DNA of 32,000 nt from Candidatus Atelocyanobacterium thalassa isolate ALOHA (lineage in GTDB: Bacteria > Cyanobacteriota > Cyanobacteriia > Cyanobacteriales > Microcystaceae): assembly GCF_000025125.1 (NCBI RefSeq), contig NC_013771.1, positions 1,140,001-1,172,000 of the forward strand, in the 5' to 3' direction. The notes beneath the pieces were generated by a model. It saw only the letters and a list, made by a program, of their open reading frames with translations. It ran no database searches and was not told the origin of the DNA. Made by a program: the position numbers and the translations under genes. Of this stretch, positions 9,497-18,012 are shown in pieces; within the stretch, counting starts at the first letter, position 1; every line of letters starts with the position of its first letter.

Positions 9497-10192
9497 TTAG
9501 TATGTATCAGATTTTAACCATTTTTCTAAGAGATCAGGACGACGTTTCTGAGTACGTTGTATTTGTTGCTCTTGTCTCCACCTTGCAATTAGCTTGTGGT
9601 TTCCCGATCTTAATATATCAGGAACATGCATATTTTTAAAAACAGGAGGATGAGTATATTGAGGATAATCTAATAAGCTATGTTCAAAACTTTCAGTTTT
9701 TAAAGATTCTAATTTTCCAACAGTTCCAGGTAAAAGACGAATTACTCCATTCATTAATGCTAGTGCTGGGATTTCTCCACCAGTAAGTATAAAATCACCT
9801 AAAGAAATTTCCTGATTAGCTAAAAAACGAATTCTTTCGTCAAATCCTTCATAATGTCCACAAATTAAAATAAGTTGTTCATAATTAGTTACTAAAGTTT
9901 GCAAAATATCTTGAGTTAACGGAGAGCCTTGAGGAGATAGAAGAATTGTGGTTCTTTTAGGTAAAAGTTCTAAGGAATCAATTGCTGCAAAGATTGGTTC
10001 AGGCTTTAGTAACATTCCCACACCGCCTCCATAAGGCTTATCATCAACTTTATGATGCTTGTCAACAGCAAATTGACGGGGATTAACTAAGTTAATCTTT
10101 GCAATATTTTTACCAAGTGCTTTTCCAATAAGTCCAGATTGCAATCCAGATGTAAAAAAATTAGGAAATAAGGTAACAACATCAAACTTCAT
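9497..10192 (-). CDS. trmD: tRNA (guanine37-N1)-methyltransferase
   Basis: Motifs MKFDVVTLFPNFF, PYGGGVGM, GHYEGFDER and LTGGE. The track ORF starts at a TTG (10210), but the conserved TrmD N-terminus begins at the ATG at complement 10190-10192. Confidence 0.92.
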   Translation of the reverse strand: MKFDVVTLFPNFFTSGLQSGLIGKALGKNIAKINLVNPRQFAVDKHHKVDDKPYGGGVGMLLKPEPIFAAIDSLELLPKRTTILLSPQGSPLTQDILQTLVTNYEQLILICGHYEGFDERIRFLANQEISLGDFILTGGEIPALALMNGVIRLLPGTVGKLESLKTESFEHSLLDYPQYTHPPVFKNMHVPDILRSGNHKLIARWRQEQQIQRTQKRRPDLLEKWLKSDTY

Positions 10193-10871
10193 AAATATCC
10201 TAAAAACCAAAAATAGTATTTAATTAATTGAATCCAAGCCGAATTCTAAAGCTCAGTATAGTTATAGTACATAAAATATAAATTCGCTTCTGAATATATA
10301 TTGTTTTTTTAAGCTTATTAATTTTTTCAAAAAGTCAATAAACTCTATTAGTATTCATTGAAAATTTTTATGAAGTTGTCATAGGCCTATTCTGATAAAA
10401 ATATCATAACAATTATTAATCACTGAGTAATTCCTTTAAAATATCTCTTGATTCTTTTCTATATGTGGATTTATATGTAAAAAACATAAGAAAATAATAT
10501 ATGTTTGACATACAGAAAAAACACTATTGAAGTTTTATCATAATGAATAGGTTATGAATATATTTCAAATTTATCTCAAAAAAATAACTTCAAATGGATA
10601 AAAATTATTACTTCTCTTTAATGTATATTCTATATGTAAATATAGAATATGTATGCCGTTTTTTAGGCATTCAAGCTTAATATGCCGAACAAAAAAAATA
10701 ATTTTTATTTTTCTTTGTAAGTTATAATCATAAAAGAATCTTTTATATTCTGCTGTTAAAAAATATAAAAAATTAAATTTTGATACATAACTTTCAAGAT
10801 TTAGAATTATTTATCAAAATAAAAATAATTTATATAAAAAACTATGCGATAGATTCTTAAAGAGGTAATTT

Positions 10872-11165
10872 ATGGTAACAGATGTAATAGAAAAGATATC
10901 TTTAAATACTTCCACTACTAAAAAACCAGTTCCCAGATATAAGGTCTTACTTCATAATGACGACTTTAATCCTATGGATTATGTGGTACAAATTCTGATG
11001 CAAACGATATCAGGAATGACTCGTCCTCAAGCCGCTGAAATAATGATGGAAGCTCATATAAGTGGAACTGCTTTGGTTATTACTTGTGCTTTTGAACCAG
11101 CCGAATTTTATCGTGAGACTCTAAAAAATCATGGCTTAAGTAGTAGTATCGAACCAGATGAATAA
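10872..11165 (+). CDS. clpS: ATP-dependent Clp protease adaptor ClpS
   Basis: YKVLLHNDDFNPMDYVV core, 97 aa, ATG preceded by AAGAGGTAA (10859-10867). Confidence 0.9.
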   Translation: MVTDVIEKISLNTSTTKKPVPRYKVLLHNDDFNPMDYVVQILMQTISGMTRPQAAEIMMEAHISGTALVITCAFEPAEFYRETLKNHGLSSSIEPDE

Positions 11166-11233
11166 AAAATAAAAATATTAACTAGATACTTCTTAAAGTA
11201 CATTTACTACATTTAAAATTTAATTATAAATAA

Positions 11234-12052
11234 TTGAAAATTAACTACTCTATAGTTTCTCGTTACCCAGCACCCTTAAGATTAGGGGTGTTTATTGTTT
11301 CACTATTAATTCTCTGGTTGCCTACTGCAATCCCATTCTTTTTCTTATTTAAAGATGATTTAAACTTCAGAACAATTGTAACGATGAGTTTATTGTATAT
11401 AAACTTTATTATTCTCTTATTCTTTTGGAATAGTAAGATACATGGAATAAGTAATTGGTGGCGAATATATGGATTAACTTTTACGAAAAAAAATATAATA
11501 GAGTTACTTAATGGATTAACTATTGGCCTCTTTTTTACTTTTGGATTATTTTTTGTAGAGATGATTTTAGGATGGGTTGTTTTTGTTAAACCATCACAAA
11601 ATTTATCATCACTCATATTTGAAGGCTTATTAAGTGCTTTCGCAATTGCTTTTGCAGAAGAATTACTTTTTAGGGGATGGCTATTAGAAGAATTGAAGAT
11701 GAACTATTCTATAAAGACTAGTTTGGTATGTAATAGTTTTATCTTTGCAACTTTGCATTTTTTAAAACCTTTACAAGAAGTTATAAGGACTTTTCCTCAG
11801 TTTCCTGCTTTGTTTTTAATAGGTATGATTCTAGTACAAGCTAAAACAAAATGTAATAATAGATTAGGAATTTGTATTGGAATTCATGGAGGACTAGTTT
11901 GGGGGTATTACATACTCAATGTAGGTAAAATTATCAAATATACTGGTAAAGCATCTTTAATTTTTACAGGAATTGATAACAACCCAATTGCCGGAATCAT
12001 GGGATTAGCAGGGTTAATAATATTGTTTTTTCTAGTGAGATGGAAGAGATGA
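11234..12052 (+). CDS. CPBP (CAAX-type) intramembrane metalloprotease family protein
   Basis: Multi-TM protein with the EELLFRGW (EExxxR) and FATLHF (FxxxH) motifs. The only start that keeps the N-terminal TM segment is the TTG at 11234. Confidence 0.75.
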   Translation: MKINYSIVSRYPAPLRLGVFIVSLLILWLPTAIPFFFLFKDDLNFRTIVTMSLLYINFIILLFFWNSKIHGISNWWRIYGLTFTKKNIIELLNGLTIGLFFTFGLFFVEMILGWVVFVKPSQNLSSLIFEGLLSAFAIAFAEELLFRGWLLEELKMNYSIKTSLVCNSFIFATLHFLKPLQEVIRTFPQFPALFLIGMILVQAKTKCNNRLGICIGIHGGLVWGYYILNVGKIIKYTGKASLIFTGIDNNPIAGIMGLAGLIILFFLVRWKR

Positions 12053-12078
12053 TATTAGGATTTACATACTACTTATAT

Positions 12079-12113
12079 TATTTAAATTTTATTAATATAA
12101 TAAAATTTAAATA
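12079..12113. repeat. Perfect 16-bp all-A/T inverted repeat with a 3-nt loop
   Basis: 12079-12094 (TATTTAAATTTTATTA) pairs with 12113-12098; the loop is ATA. It lies between the CPBP gene and the P-type ATPase, which run in the same direction. Confidence 0.85.
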
Positions 12114-12159
12114 GGCATTATAAATTCAGTTTCACAAGCTTATCACTGGTTAGTAAAGT

Positions 12160-14475
12160 ATGGCCTCTCCTCTTCAAGAATCAAAAAAAACTACATCTTC
12201 ATCTCTTTTCAAAACAATCACTTTTGATGTAGCAGGTATGAAATGTGCTAGCTGTGTTAAAGCTATAGAAGAAAAACTTTCAGAACAGCCTGGAGTGATT
12301 TCTGCTCAAGCCAATTTAATTACTCAAGTTGCTGTTGTTATATACAATCCTGAATCTACAGAACCATCAGTTTTAACTAATAAATTAACAGCAGTAGGCT
12401 TTCCTTCTAGTATTCGTGATTCGCAAAATCTTACTGTTCAACAAAGAAAATCAAAGAGTGATCAATCTAAACAAACAGAAGAAATACATCAAAAAATTAA
12501 TCTTTTTATTGCTGCTATTCTAATTTTCATTTCTAGCCTTGGACATTTGACATATATAGGAGGACCAGATTTTTTTGTATTAAACGATTTAAGATTTCAC
12601 TGGGTGTTAGCTACTATAGCTATAGCTATCCCAGGATTTGATATTTTTCTTGATGGTTGGCGTGGATTAGTTAATGGAATGGCCAATATGAATACATTGG
12701 TTGGATTAGGAACTTTTAGTGCGTATTCAATTAGCTGTATTGCATTAATTTTTCCTGAATTAGGTTGGGAATGTTTTTTTGATGAGCCAGTAATGTTGTT
12801 GGGATTTATTTTACTGGGGCGTATTTTGGAGAAGAGGGCCAAGAATCGTGCCTCATCAGCTTTAAAGTCTTTAATTGAATTACAGCCTACATTTGCTCGC
12901 CTAAGTAGTGATCCATATTCGGAAAATCAATCTAGTATAGAAATTCCTGTCGAGCAAGTTCGCTTAGGAGAATATATAAAAATATTACCTGGTGATAAAA
13001 TTCCTGTAGATGGAGAGATTATCACTGGAGAAACTACTATTGACGAATCATTGGTAACGGGAGAATCAATGCCTGTGGCCAAAAAAATAGGTGATGAGGT
13101 ATCTGTAGGAACTCTAAATCATTCTGGTCTAATTATTATCAAAACAATTCGTATTGGCAATGATACAACTTTGTCTCAAATTATTTTCTCAGTTGAGAAT
13201 GCTCAGATGTTAAAGCCTCCTATTCAAAAACTGACTGATACAATAGCTGGGTATTTCGCATATGGAATAATTTCTCTTTCAATACTAGTATTTATCTTCT
13301 GGTTTGCCATAGGGACAAATTGGTATCCTCAAGTATTAAATGCAAATTATAATAACACTTCATTTTTATTGAGCTTAAAACTAGCAATTTCGGTTCTAGT
13401 TGTTGCATGTCCTTGCGCCCTGGGACTGGCAACTCCTATGGCTATATTAGTAGGAACAGGTATAGGAGCTAAGAAAGGCATATTAATTAAAAATGGAGAT
13501 GTTTTAGAAAAAGTTTCGCAGCTGTATGCAGTAGTATTCGATAAAACTGGTACTCTTACTACTGGACATCCTGTGGTAACTGGTTGTAAATCTTTTGGTG
13601 TACTTAGTTCTCAATATTTATTACAATTGGCTGCTACCGTAGAAAATGGCACTAATCATCCACTAGCCCTGGCTATTATGGAAGAAGCTAAAAGAGAAAA
13701 TTTATCTTTATTGAAAGCAAAAAATTTCTGTACAAAAATTGGATCAGGAGTCACTGCTGAGGTTGAAGAAAAAGAAATTTGGTTAGGAAATAAAAATTGG
13801 TTACTAAATAATGGATTTAATTTTAACTCCAATTCTTATTATCTGGAATCATTAACCCAAAAAGGGGAAACGATTATTTATGTAGGTATAAATAAATCGA
13901 TAGAAGGTTTTTTAACTTTAAAAGATACATTAAGACCAGAAGCCCAAGAAACTATCTTAGAACTAAAGAAAAAAGGATTAGAAATTATATTATTAACTGG
14001 AGATAATCCAAAAGTTGCTGCAGCGATCGCAACTGAACTAGGAATTAACAAGTTTTTTGCTCAAGTTAACCCTAGTAACAAAGCTAGTGTGATCAAAGAT
14101 TTACAAAAGCAAGGAAAAATAGCAATGGTAGGAGATGGTATTAATGATGCACCAGCTCTAGTTCAGGCAGACATAGGAGTTTCTTTACAAGGATCTACTC
14201 AGATAGCTTTGGAAAGCTCTGATATTGTTTTAATGAGTGGAAGTATTTTAGACATTTTAACAGCTATAAATCTTAGTCTAGCAACATTTACAAAAATTCG
14301 TCAGAACCTTTTATGGGCCTTTGGATATAATACTCTGTCAATTCCTCTCGCAGGAGGAATTCTATTGCCTAGCCTAGGTCTAACTATTAGTCCTGTAATT
14401 GCCGCGGCTTTAATGGCTTCTAGCTCTATAATAGTAGTAATAAATTCTTTATCTCTCCGCTATCAATTTCGTTAA
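12160..14475 (+). CDS. Copper-translocating P1B-type ATPase (CtaA/PacS class)
   Basis: One N-terminal heavy-metal domain GMKCASC, TGES, transmembrane CPCALGLATP, phosphorylation site DKTGTLT and hinge GDGINDAPAL; 771 aa. Confidence 0.9.
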   Translation: MASPLQESKKTTSSSLFKTITFDVAGMKCASCVKAIEEKLSEQPGVISAQANLITQVAVVIYNPESTEPSVLTNKLTAVGFPSSIRDSQNLTVQQRKSKSDQSKQTEEIHQKINLFIAAILIFISSLGHLTYIGGPDFFVLNDLRFHWVLATIAIAIPGFDIFLDGWRGLVNGMANMNTLVGLGTFSAYSISCIALIFPELGWECFFDEPVMLLGFILLGRILEKRAKNRASSALKSLIELQPTFARLSSDPYSENQSSIEIPVEQVRLGEYIKILPGDKIPVDGEIITGETTIDESLVTGESMPVAKKIGDEVSVGTLNHSGLIIIKTIRIGNDTTLSQIIFSVENAQMLKPPIQKLTDTIAGYFAYGIISLSILVFIFWFAIGTNWYPQVLNANYNNTSFLLSLKLAISVLVVACPCALGLATPMAILVGTGIGAKKGILIKNGDVLEKVSQLYAVVFDKTGTLTTGHPVVTGCKSFGVLSSQYLLQLAATVENGTNHPLALAIMEEAKRENLSLLKAKNFCTKIGSGVTAEVEEKEIWLGNKNWLLNNGFNFNSNSYYLESLTQKGETIIYVGINKSIEGFLTLKDTLRPEAQETILELKKKGLEIILLTGDNPKVAAAIATELGINKFFAQVNPSNKASVIKDLQKQGKIAMVGDGINDAPALVQADIGVSLQGSTQIALESSDIVLMSGSILDILTAINLSLATFTKIRQNLLWAFGYNTLSIPLAGGILLPSLGLTISPVIAAALMASSSIIVVINSLSLRYQFR

Positions 14476-14579
14476 TAAATCAAATCATTTGGTTTATTAA
14501 ATTTATGAAACTAATTAGTATCAATATTAAAAAAAGAATTTAATTAATATATTTTAAGGCCATTCTCTATTTATGAAAT

Positions 14580-14610
14580 ATAGGTAATATATAAATAGGT
14601 AATATATAAA
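14580..14610 (+). repeat. Tandem duplication of a 15-nt unit (ATAGGTAATATATAA x2)
   Basis: 14580-14595 is identical to 14595-14610 (offset 15). It lies about 74 nt upstream of the preferred holB ATG, and each copy carries a TATATA/TAATAT -10-like hexamer. Confidence 0.85.
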
Positions 14611-14683
14611 CTATATATTGCAAGCTATAAAATTATTCTTAATCTTTCTATTATTTGGATACAATTTTTTTGATTTTATTAAT

Positions 14684-15637
14684 ATGGATAATTTTCAACA
14701 TTTAATAGGTCAAACACAGAGTACTACTCTATTAAAACAAATTATCATTAAAAACAAGATTGCTCCTGCTTATCTTTTCTCTGGGCCAACAGGAGTAGGG
14801 CGTAGGCTAGCTGCAAGATCTTTTTGTAAATCAATATTCTCACTTTCAAAAGTATTACAAGAAAATCAGACCACTCTCGAGCATAGAATTTTAAATGGTA
14901 ATCATCCAGATCTTTATTGGATAGAGCCAACATATCAATATAAAGGAAAGTTATTTACGATAAGACAAGCTCAAGAAAATGGATTAAAAAGCAATTCATC
15001 TCCTCAAATTCGTATAGATCAGATTCGAAATATTACTAATTTCCTGAGTCGCCCACCTCTAGAAAGCATTCGCTCTGTTGTAATAATAGAAAGCGCAGAA
15101 ATGATGACTGAAGCTGCATCTAATGGATTGTTAAAAACCTTAGAAGAAGCTAAGTTGGCAACAATAATTTTGATTGTATCTAATCAAAATTTATTATTAC
15201 CAACCTTGGTATCTCGTTGCCAAATAATTCCTTTTTACAATTTATCAGAAAAAGATTTAAAACAAGTTTTAAGAAAATCAGATTATGAAAATATAATAAA
15301 TGAAGAAAAAATAATAAAATTAAGCCAAGGAAGCCCTGGAAAGGCAATTGGTTATTGGAATCAATTACAACTTATTCCCTCTGAAATTACAGATACTTTA
15401 GAGAAAATACCGTTAAGTTATTTAAACTCGTTAGAGCTATCAAAAAAAATCACTGTGGAATTAAATAATTCAACTCAAATATTTTTAATTGACTATATGC
15501 AGCATTTTTATTGGGTAAAGTTTAGAAATAAAAACTTACTTGAATTATTAGAGTTGTCTAAGAGTTATCTACTTAGGTATTTAAACTCAAGATTAGTTTG
15601 GGATTCTCTATTAATAAAAATTAGTAATATTTTATAA
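14684..15637 (+). CDS. holB: DNA polymerase III delta-prime subunit
   Basis: AYLFSGPTGVGRR P-loop-like box, HPDLYWIEP, and the SRC motif in LVSRCQIIPF. The track ORF starts at a TTG (14618) with a hydrophobic extension; the ATG at 14684 (MDNFQHLIGQ) fits HolB N-termini. Confidence 0.85.
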   Translation: MDNFQHLIGQTQSTTLLKQIIIKNKIAPAYLFSGPTGVGRRLAARSFCKSIFSLSKVLQENQTTLEHRILNGNHPDLYWIEPTYQYKGKLFTIRQAQENGLKSNSSPQIRIDQIRNITNFLSRPPLESIRSVVIIESAEMMTEAASNGLLKTLEEAKLATIILIVSNQNLLLPTLVSRCQIIPFYNLSEKDLKQVLRKSDYENIINEEKIIKLSQGSPGKAIGYWNQLQLIPSEITDTLEKIPLSYLNSLELSKKITVELNNSTQIFLIDYMQHFYWVKFRNKNLLELLELSKSYLLRYLNSRLVWDSLLIKISNIL

Positions 15638-15640
15638 ATG

Positions 15641-17914
15641 TTAAGTATTAAAGTTTATATTTTCAGAATTTAGTGTTAGGGTTTTTATTCTTTTGAGTAA
15701 AAAGTTAGATTGTATAGGTTTTATAAGATAATCGTCAATTCCTGTTTCGGCAATTTCTAGCCATTCTTTAGATGTAATTGTATCTTTTAGAAATAGTACT
15801 TTTATAGATTTAGTCTCTGAAGATTTCTTCAAAAGTTTACTTATCTTAAGGGCTTTAGATAAATCTTGGTCTAAGATAATTGCTATGGGCTGAATTAGCT
15901 CTATTTTCCTTATTAATTTAATATCATTAATTAACCAAATAAAATAATAATTAGCTGATGTTAATAACTTTTCAAGAAGAGTTGCAATTTTATTATTACT
16001 TTCTATTAAAATAATAACTCTAGTCGAAAACAATGATTCTTTTCGGCTTATTAATTTATTATTGGATCTATTTTTAAATTGAGACTGGTTTGGAATTCTT
16101 ATTGTAAAAATAGACCCCTTATTGACTAAAGAATCTACTTCAATAGTTCCACTATGTAATTCTACTAGTTGTTTCGTTAAAGCTAAACCTAACCCTGTCC
16201 CTCCATAAACGCGTTTCCTATGATTTTCTAGCTTTTGAAATAATTTAAATAACAATGGTATTTGCTCTGTCTTTATACCTATTCCTGTATCTTCTACTTG
16301 CCAAACTACTTCTTCTCTATGCCTCCAAACTCTTAATATGACAGTCCCATTTTCTGGGGTAAATTTTAAGGCATTGTTTAATAAGTAATAGAGAATATGT
16401 TTCATTTTTACAGGATCGGCTAAAAATGTATCTTCTATAGAATTAATCCTTAAATCTAGTTTTAAATTAATGTGTCGGTGAACTTCTTCTTTATAGACTT
16501 TTTGTAAAATGTTTTTGGCAATATCACTTAAAGAAAATTCTTGAATATTTAGTAAGCATTTTCCTGTTTGTAAATTTGAATATTCTAAAATTTCATTAAT
16601 TATTTGAAGTAAATTTTCACCACTATTTTGAATAGTGGCTAAGTAATGTTTTCGTTTTTCTAAAGATAATGTTGAATTTTCTTTTGACCAATATAATAAA
16701 GTTCCCGACAACCCAATAATACAAGTTAATGGAGTACGTAACTCATGACTCATATTACCCAAGAATTCACTTTTAGAATAATTAGCTGCTTGAGAAGCGA
16801 CTAAAGTATCACATAATTCTTGTGTTCTTTTAATAACTTTTTGTTTTAATACATATTTTTCTTTTTGAACCTGAGAATAAAGCTGTGCTTGATAAAGAGC
16901 AACGGCTAGATGCTCTGCGATTTTTTCTAAAGTGACTTTTCCATCACTTAACCATCTCCGTTTCTGTAAACATTGATGTGCAACTAAAAGTCCCCACAAA
17001 TTATCGTTTATTTTGATAGGAGCTACTATCTCAGAAAGTATCCAAAACTTACTAGGTAAATTGTAAAAACATGAATGAATGAAAGAATAATTATTGATAT
17101 CATCTTCAAAAGTAATTGATCTTTTTTGATATTTTGCAATCTTTGTAAAAACCTTACTTTCTATTAAAATTTTTAATAAGGAAGGAATATCTCTAGTAGC
17201 AAGTGATTCATGAACTACATATCCATTTCCTTTGATTAAATCATAGTCTTTTGAAGTAATTAACTGTTTATTGTTAAATTTATAAACAATTAAACGATCA
17301 GCTCCTAAAATTTCTCTCGATTCTTTAACAGTATTCTCTAGGATAGTTGGTATATCGAGAGATTGACGGATTTTACTAATTACTTGACTTAAAAGCCTTT
17401 CTGCTCTTAGCTGGCCTTCAATCTCTTTCTTAAGAGGAGAAGTAACTAATAAATTTTGATCAATAGTACATAAATTATTATTTTTTTTAGGTTCTAATAT
17501 ATCTCTTAGATTATTATTCAGGTATTGTAGTAAATTCGTTGACTGTATGTGATTGATTTTTAGATAAGGAACAATTTTTTTCTTCCATACTGAAGAGTCA
17601 TTCAAATGTATATATAATTTTTGAACGAAGTTATTTATATCCTTTGGTTTTGTAGTAATTGTAACTTGGTAAGATAAAGATGAGGTGTCTAAAACACCTT
17701 GAAGTAAGATGCTAAATTTTGGAGACAAAAAAAGATAAAAAGTTTTTAAGTCTAATGATATAGAAGGATTTTCTTCTAAAGTAAAGATAGAATTTGTCAA
17801 CAAGATACCTTTAGGGCCTTCAATGCTCAAAAGCTTTTCTAAAAGAGAACAAAGCTTTTCAAATGTGTATATAGATATAATTCGTTGTAAAATAAACTCT
17901 TTGGGAAGATTCAT
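15641..17914 (-). CDS. GAF-domain sensor histidine kinase with a C-terminal degenerate receiver domain (CikA-like architecture)
   Basis: About 170 aa of unassigned N-terminus, then a GAF domain (...LWGLLVAHQC...), H-box SHELRTPL, N-box LLNNALKFT, G-boxes DTGIG and GGTGLGL, and a receiver-like C-terminus ending DDYLIKP. I prefer the ATG at complement 17912-17914 (MNLPKEF) to the upstream TTG at 17926. Confidence 0.85.
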   Translation of the reverse strand: MNLPKEFILQRIISIYTFEKLCSLLEKLLSIEGPKGILLTNSIFTLEENPSISLDLKTFYLFLSPKFSILLQGVLDTSSLSYQVTITTKPKDINNFVQKLYIHLNDSSVWKKKIVPYLKINHIQSTNLLQYLNNNLRDILEPKKNNNLCTIDQNLLVTSPLKKEIEGQLRAERLLSQVISKIRQSLDIPTILENTVKESREILGADRLIVYKFNNKQLITSKDYDLIKGNGYVVHESLATRDIPSLLKILIESKVFTKIAKYQKRSITFEDDINNYSFIHSCFYNLPSKFWILSEIVAPIKINDNLWGLLVAHQCLQKRRWLSDGKVTLEKIAEHLAVALYQAQLYSQVQKEKYVLKQKVIKRTQELCDTLVASQAANYSKSEFLGNMSHELRTPLTCIIGLSGTLLYWSKENSTLSLEKRKHYLATIQNSGENLLQIINEILEYSNLQTGKCLLNIQEFSLSDIAKNILQKVYKEEVHRHINLKLDLRINSIEDTFLADPVKMKHILYYLLNNALKFTPENGTVILRVWRHREEVVWQVEDTGIGIKTEQIPLLFKLFQKLENHRKRVYGGTGLGLALTKQLVELHSGTIEVDSLVNKGSIFTIRIPNQSQFKNRSNNKLISRKESLFSTRVIILIESNNKIATLLEKLLTSANYYFIWLINDIKLIRKIELIQPIAIILDQDLSKALKISKLLKKSSETKSIKVLFLKDTITSKEWLEIAETGIDDYLIKPIQSNFLLKRIKTLTLNSENINFNT

Positions 17915-18012
17915 CGGTTTAGACAAGGCTAAAGGGAAAAAGGAGGATGCAATTTTTGTTTTTTCTATCCTATCTTGGAAGCTTGATGTTATTTAAATAC
18001 TGAGGAAATGTA

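Noticed and set aside
11263-11616. 117-aa minus-strand ORF inside the CPBP protease gene
   Set aside because: It is a lysine/asparagine-rich translation of the antisense of an AT-rich membrane gene. The sense strand carries the diagnostic EExxxR/FxxxH motifs.
12597-12842. 81-aa minus-strand ORF inside the P-type ATPase
   Set aside because: It is antisense to an unambiguous ATPase reading frame.
14473-14499. 12-bp hairpin (one G:U) overlapping the ATPase stop codon: TAATAAATCAAA-TCA-TTTGGTTTATTA
   Set aside because: It is almost all A:U pairs, has a 3-nt loop and no U-tract, so it is too weak to call a terminator. I note it only as possible 3'-end structure.
14748-14933. 61-aa minus-strand ORF inside holB
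   Set aside because: It is antisense to holB and has no motifs.
17947-18003. 18-codon hydrophobic uORF (MQFLFFLSYLGSLMLFKY) preceded by AAGGAGG, whose TGA overlaps the cobN Shine-Dalgarno
   Set aside because: It is tempting as a coupled leader peptide, but the AGGAGG abuts the ATG with zero spacing, which is non-functional geometry. One such heptamer is expected by chance in 64 kb of two-strand sequence, and the peptide has no Co/B12-related logic. It is worth a glance only if ribosome profiling data exist.
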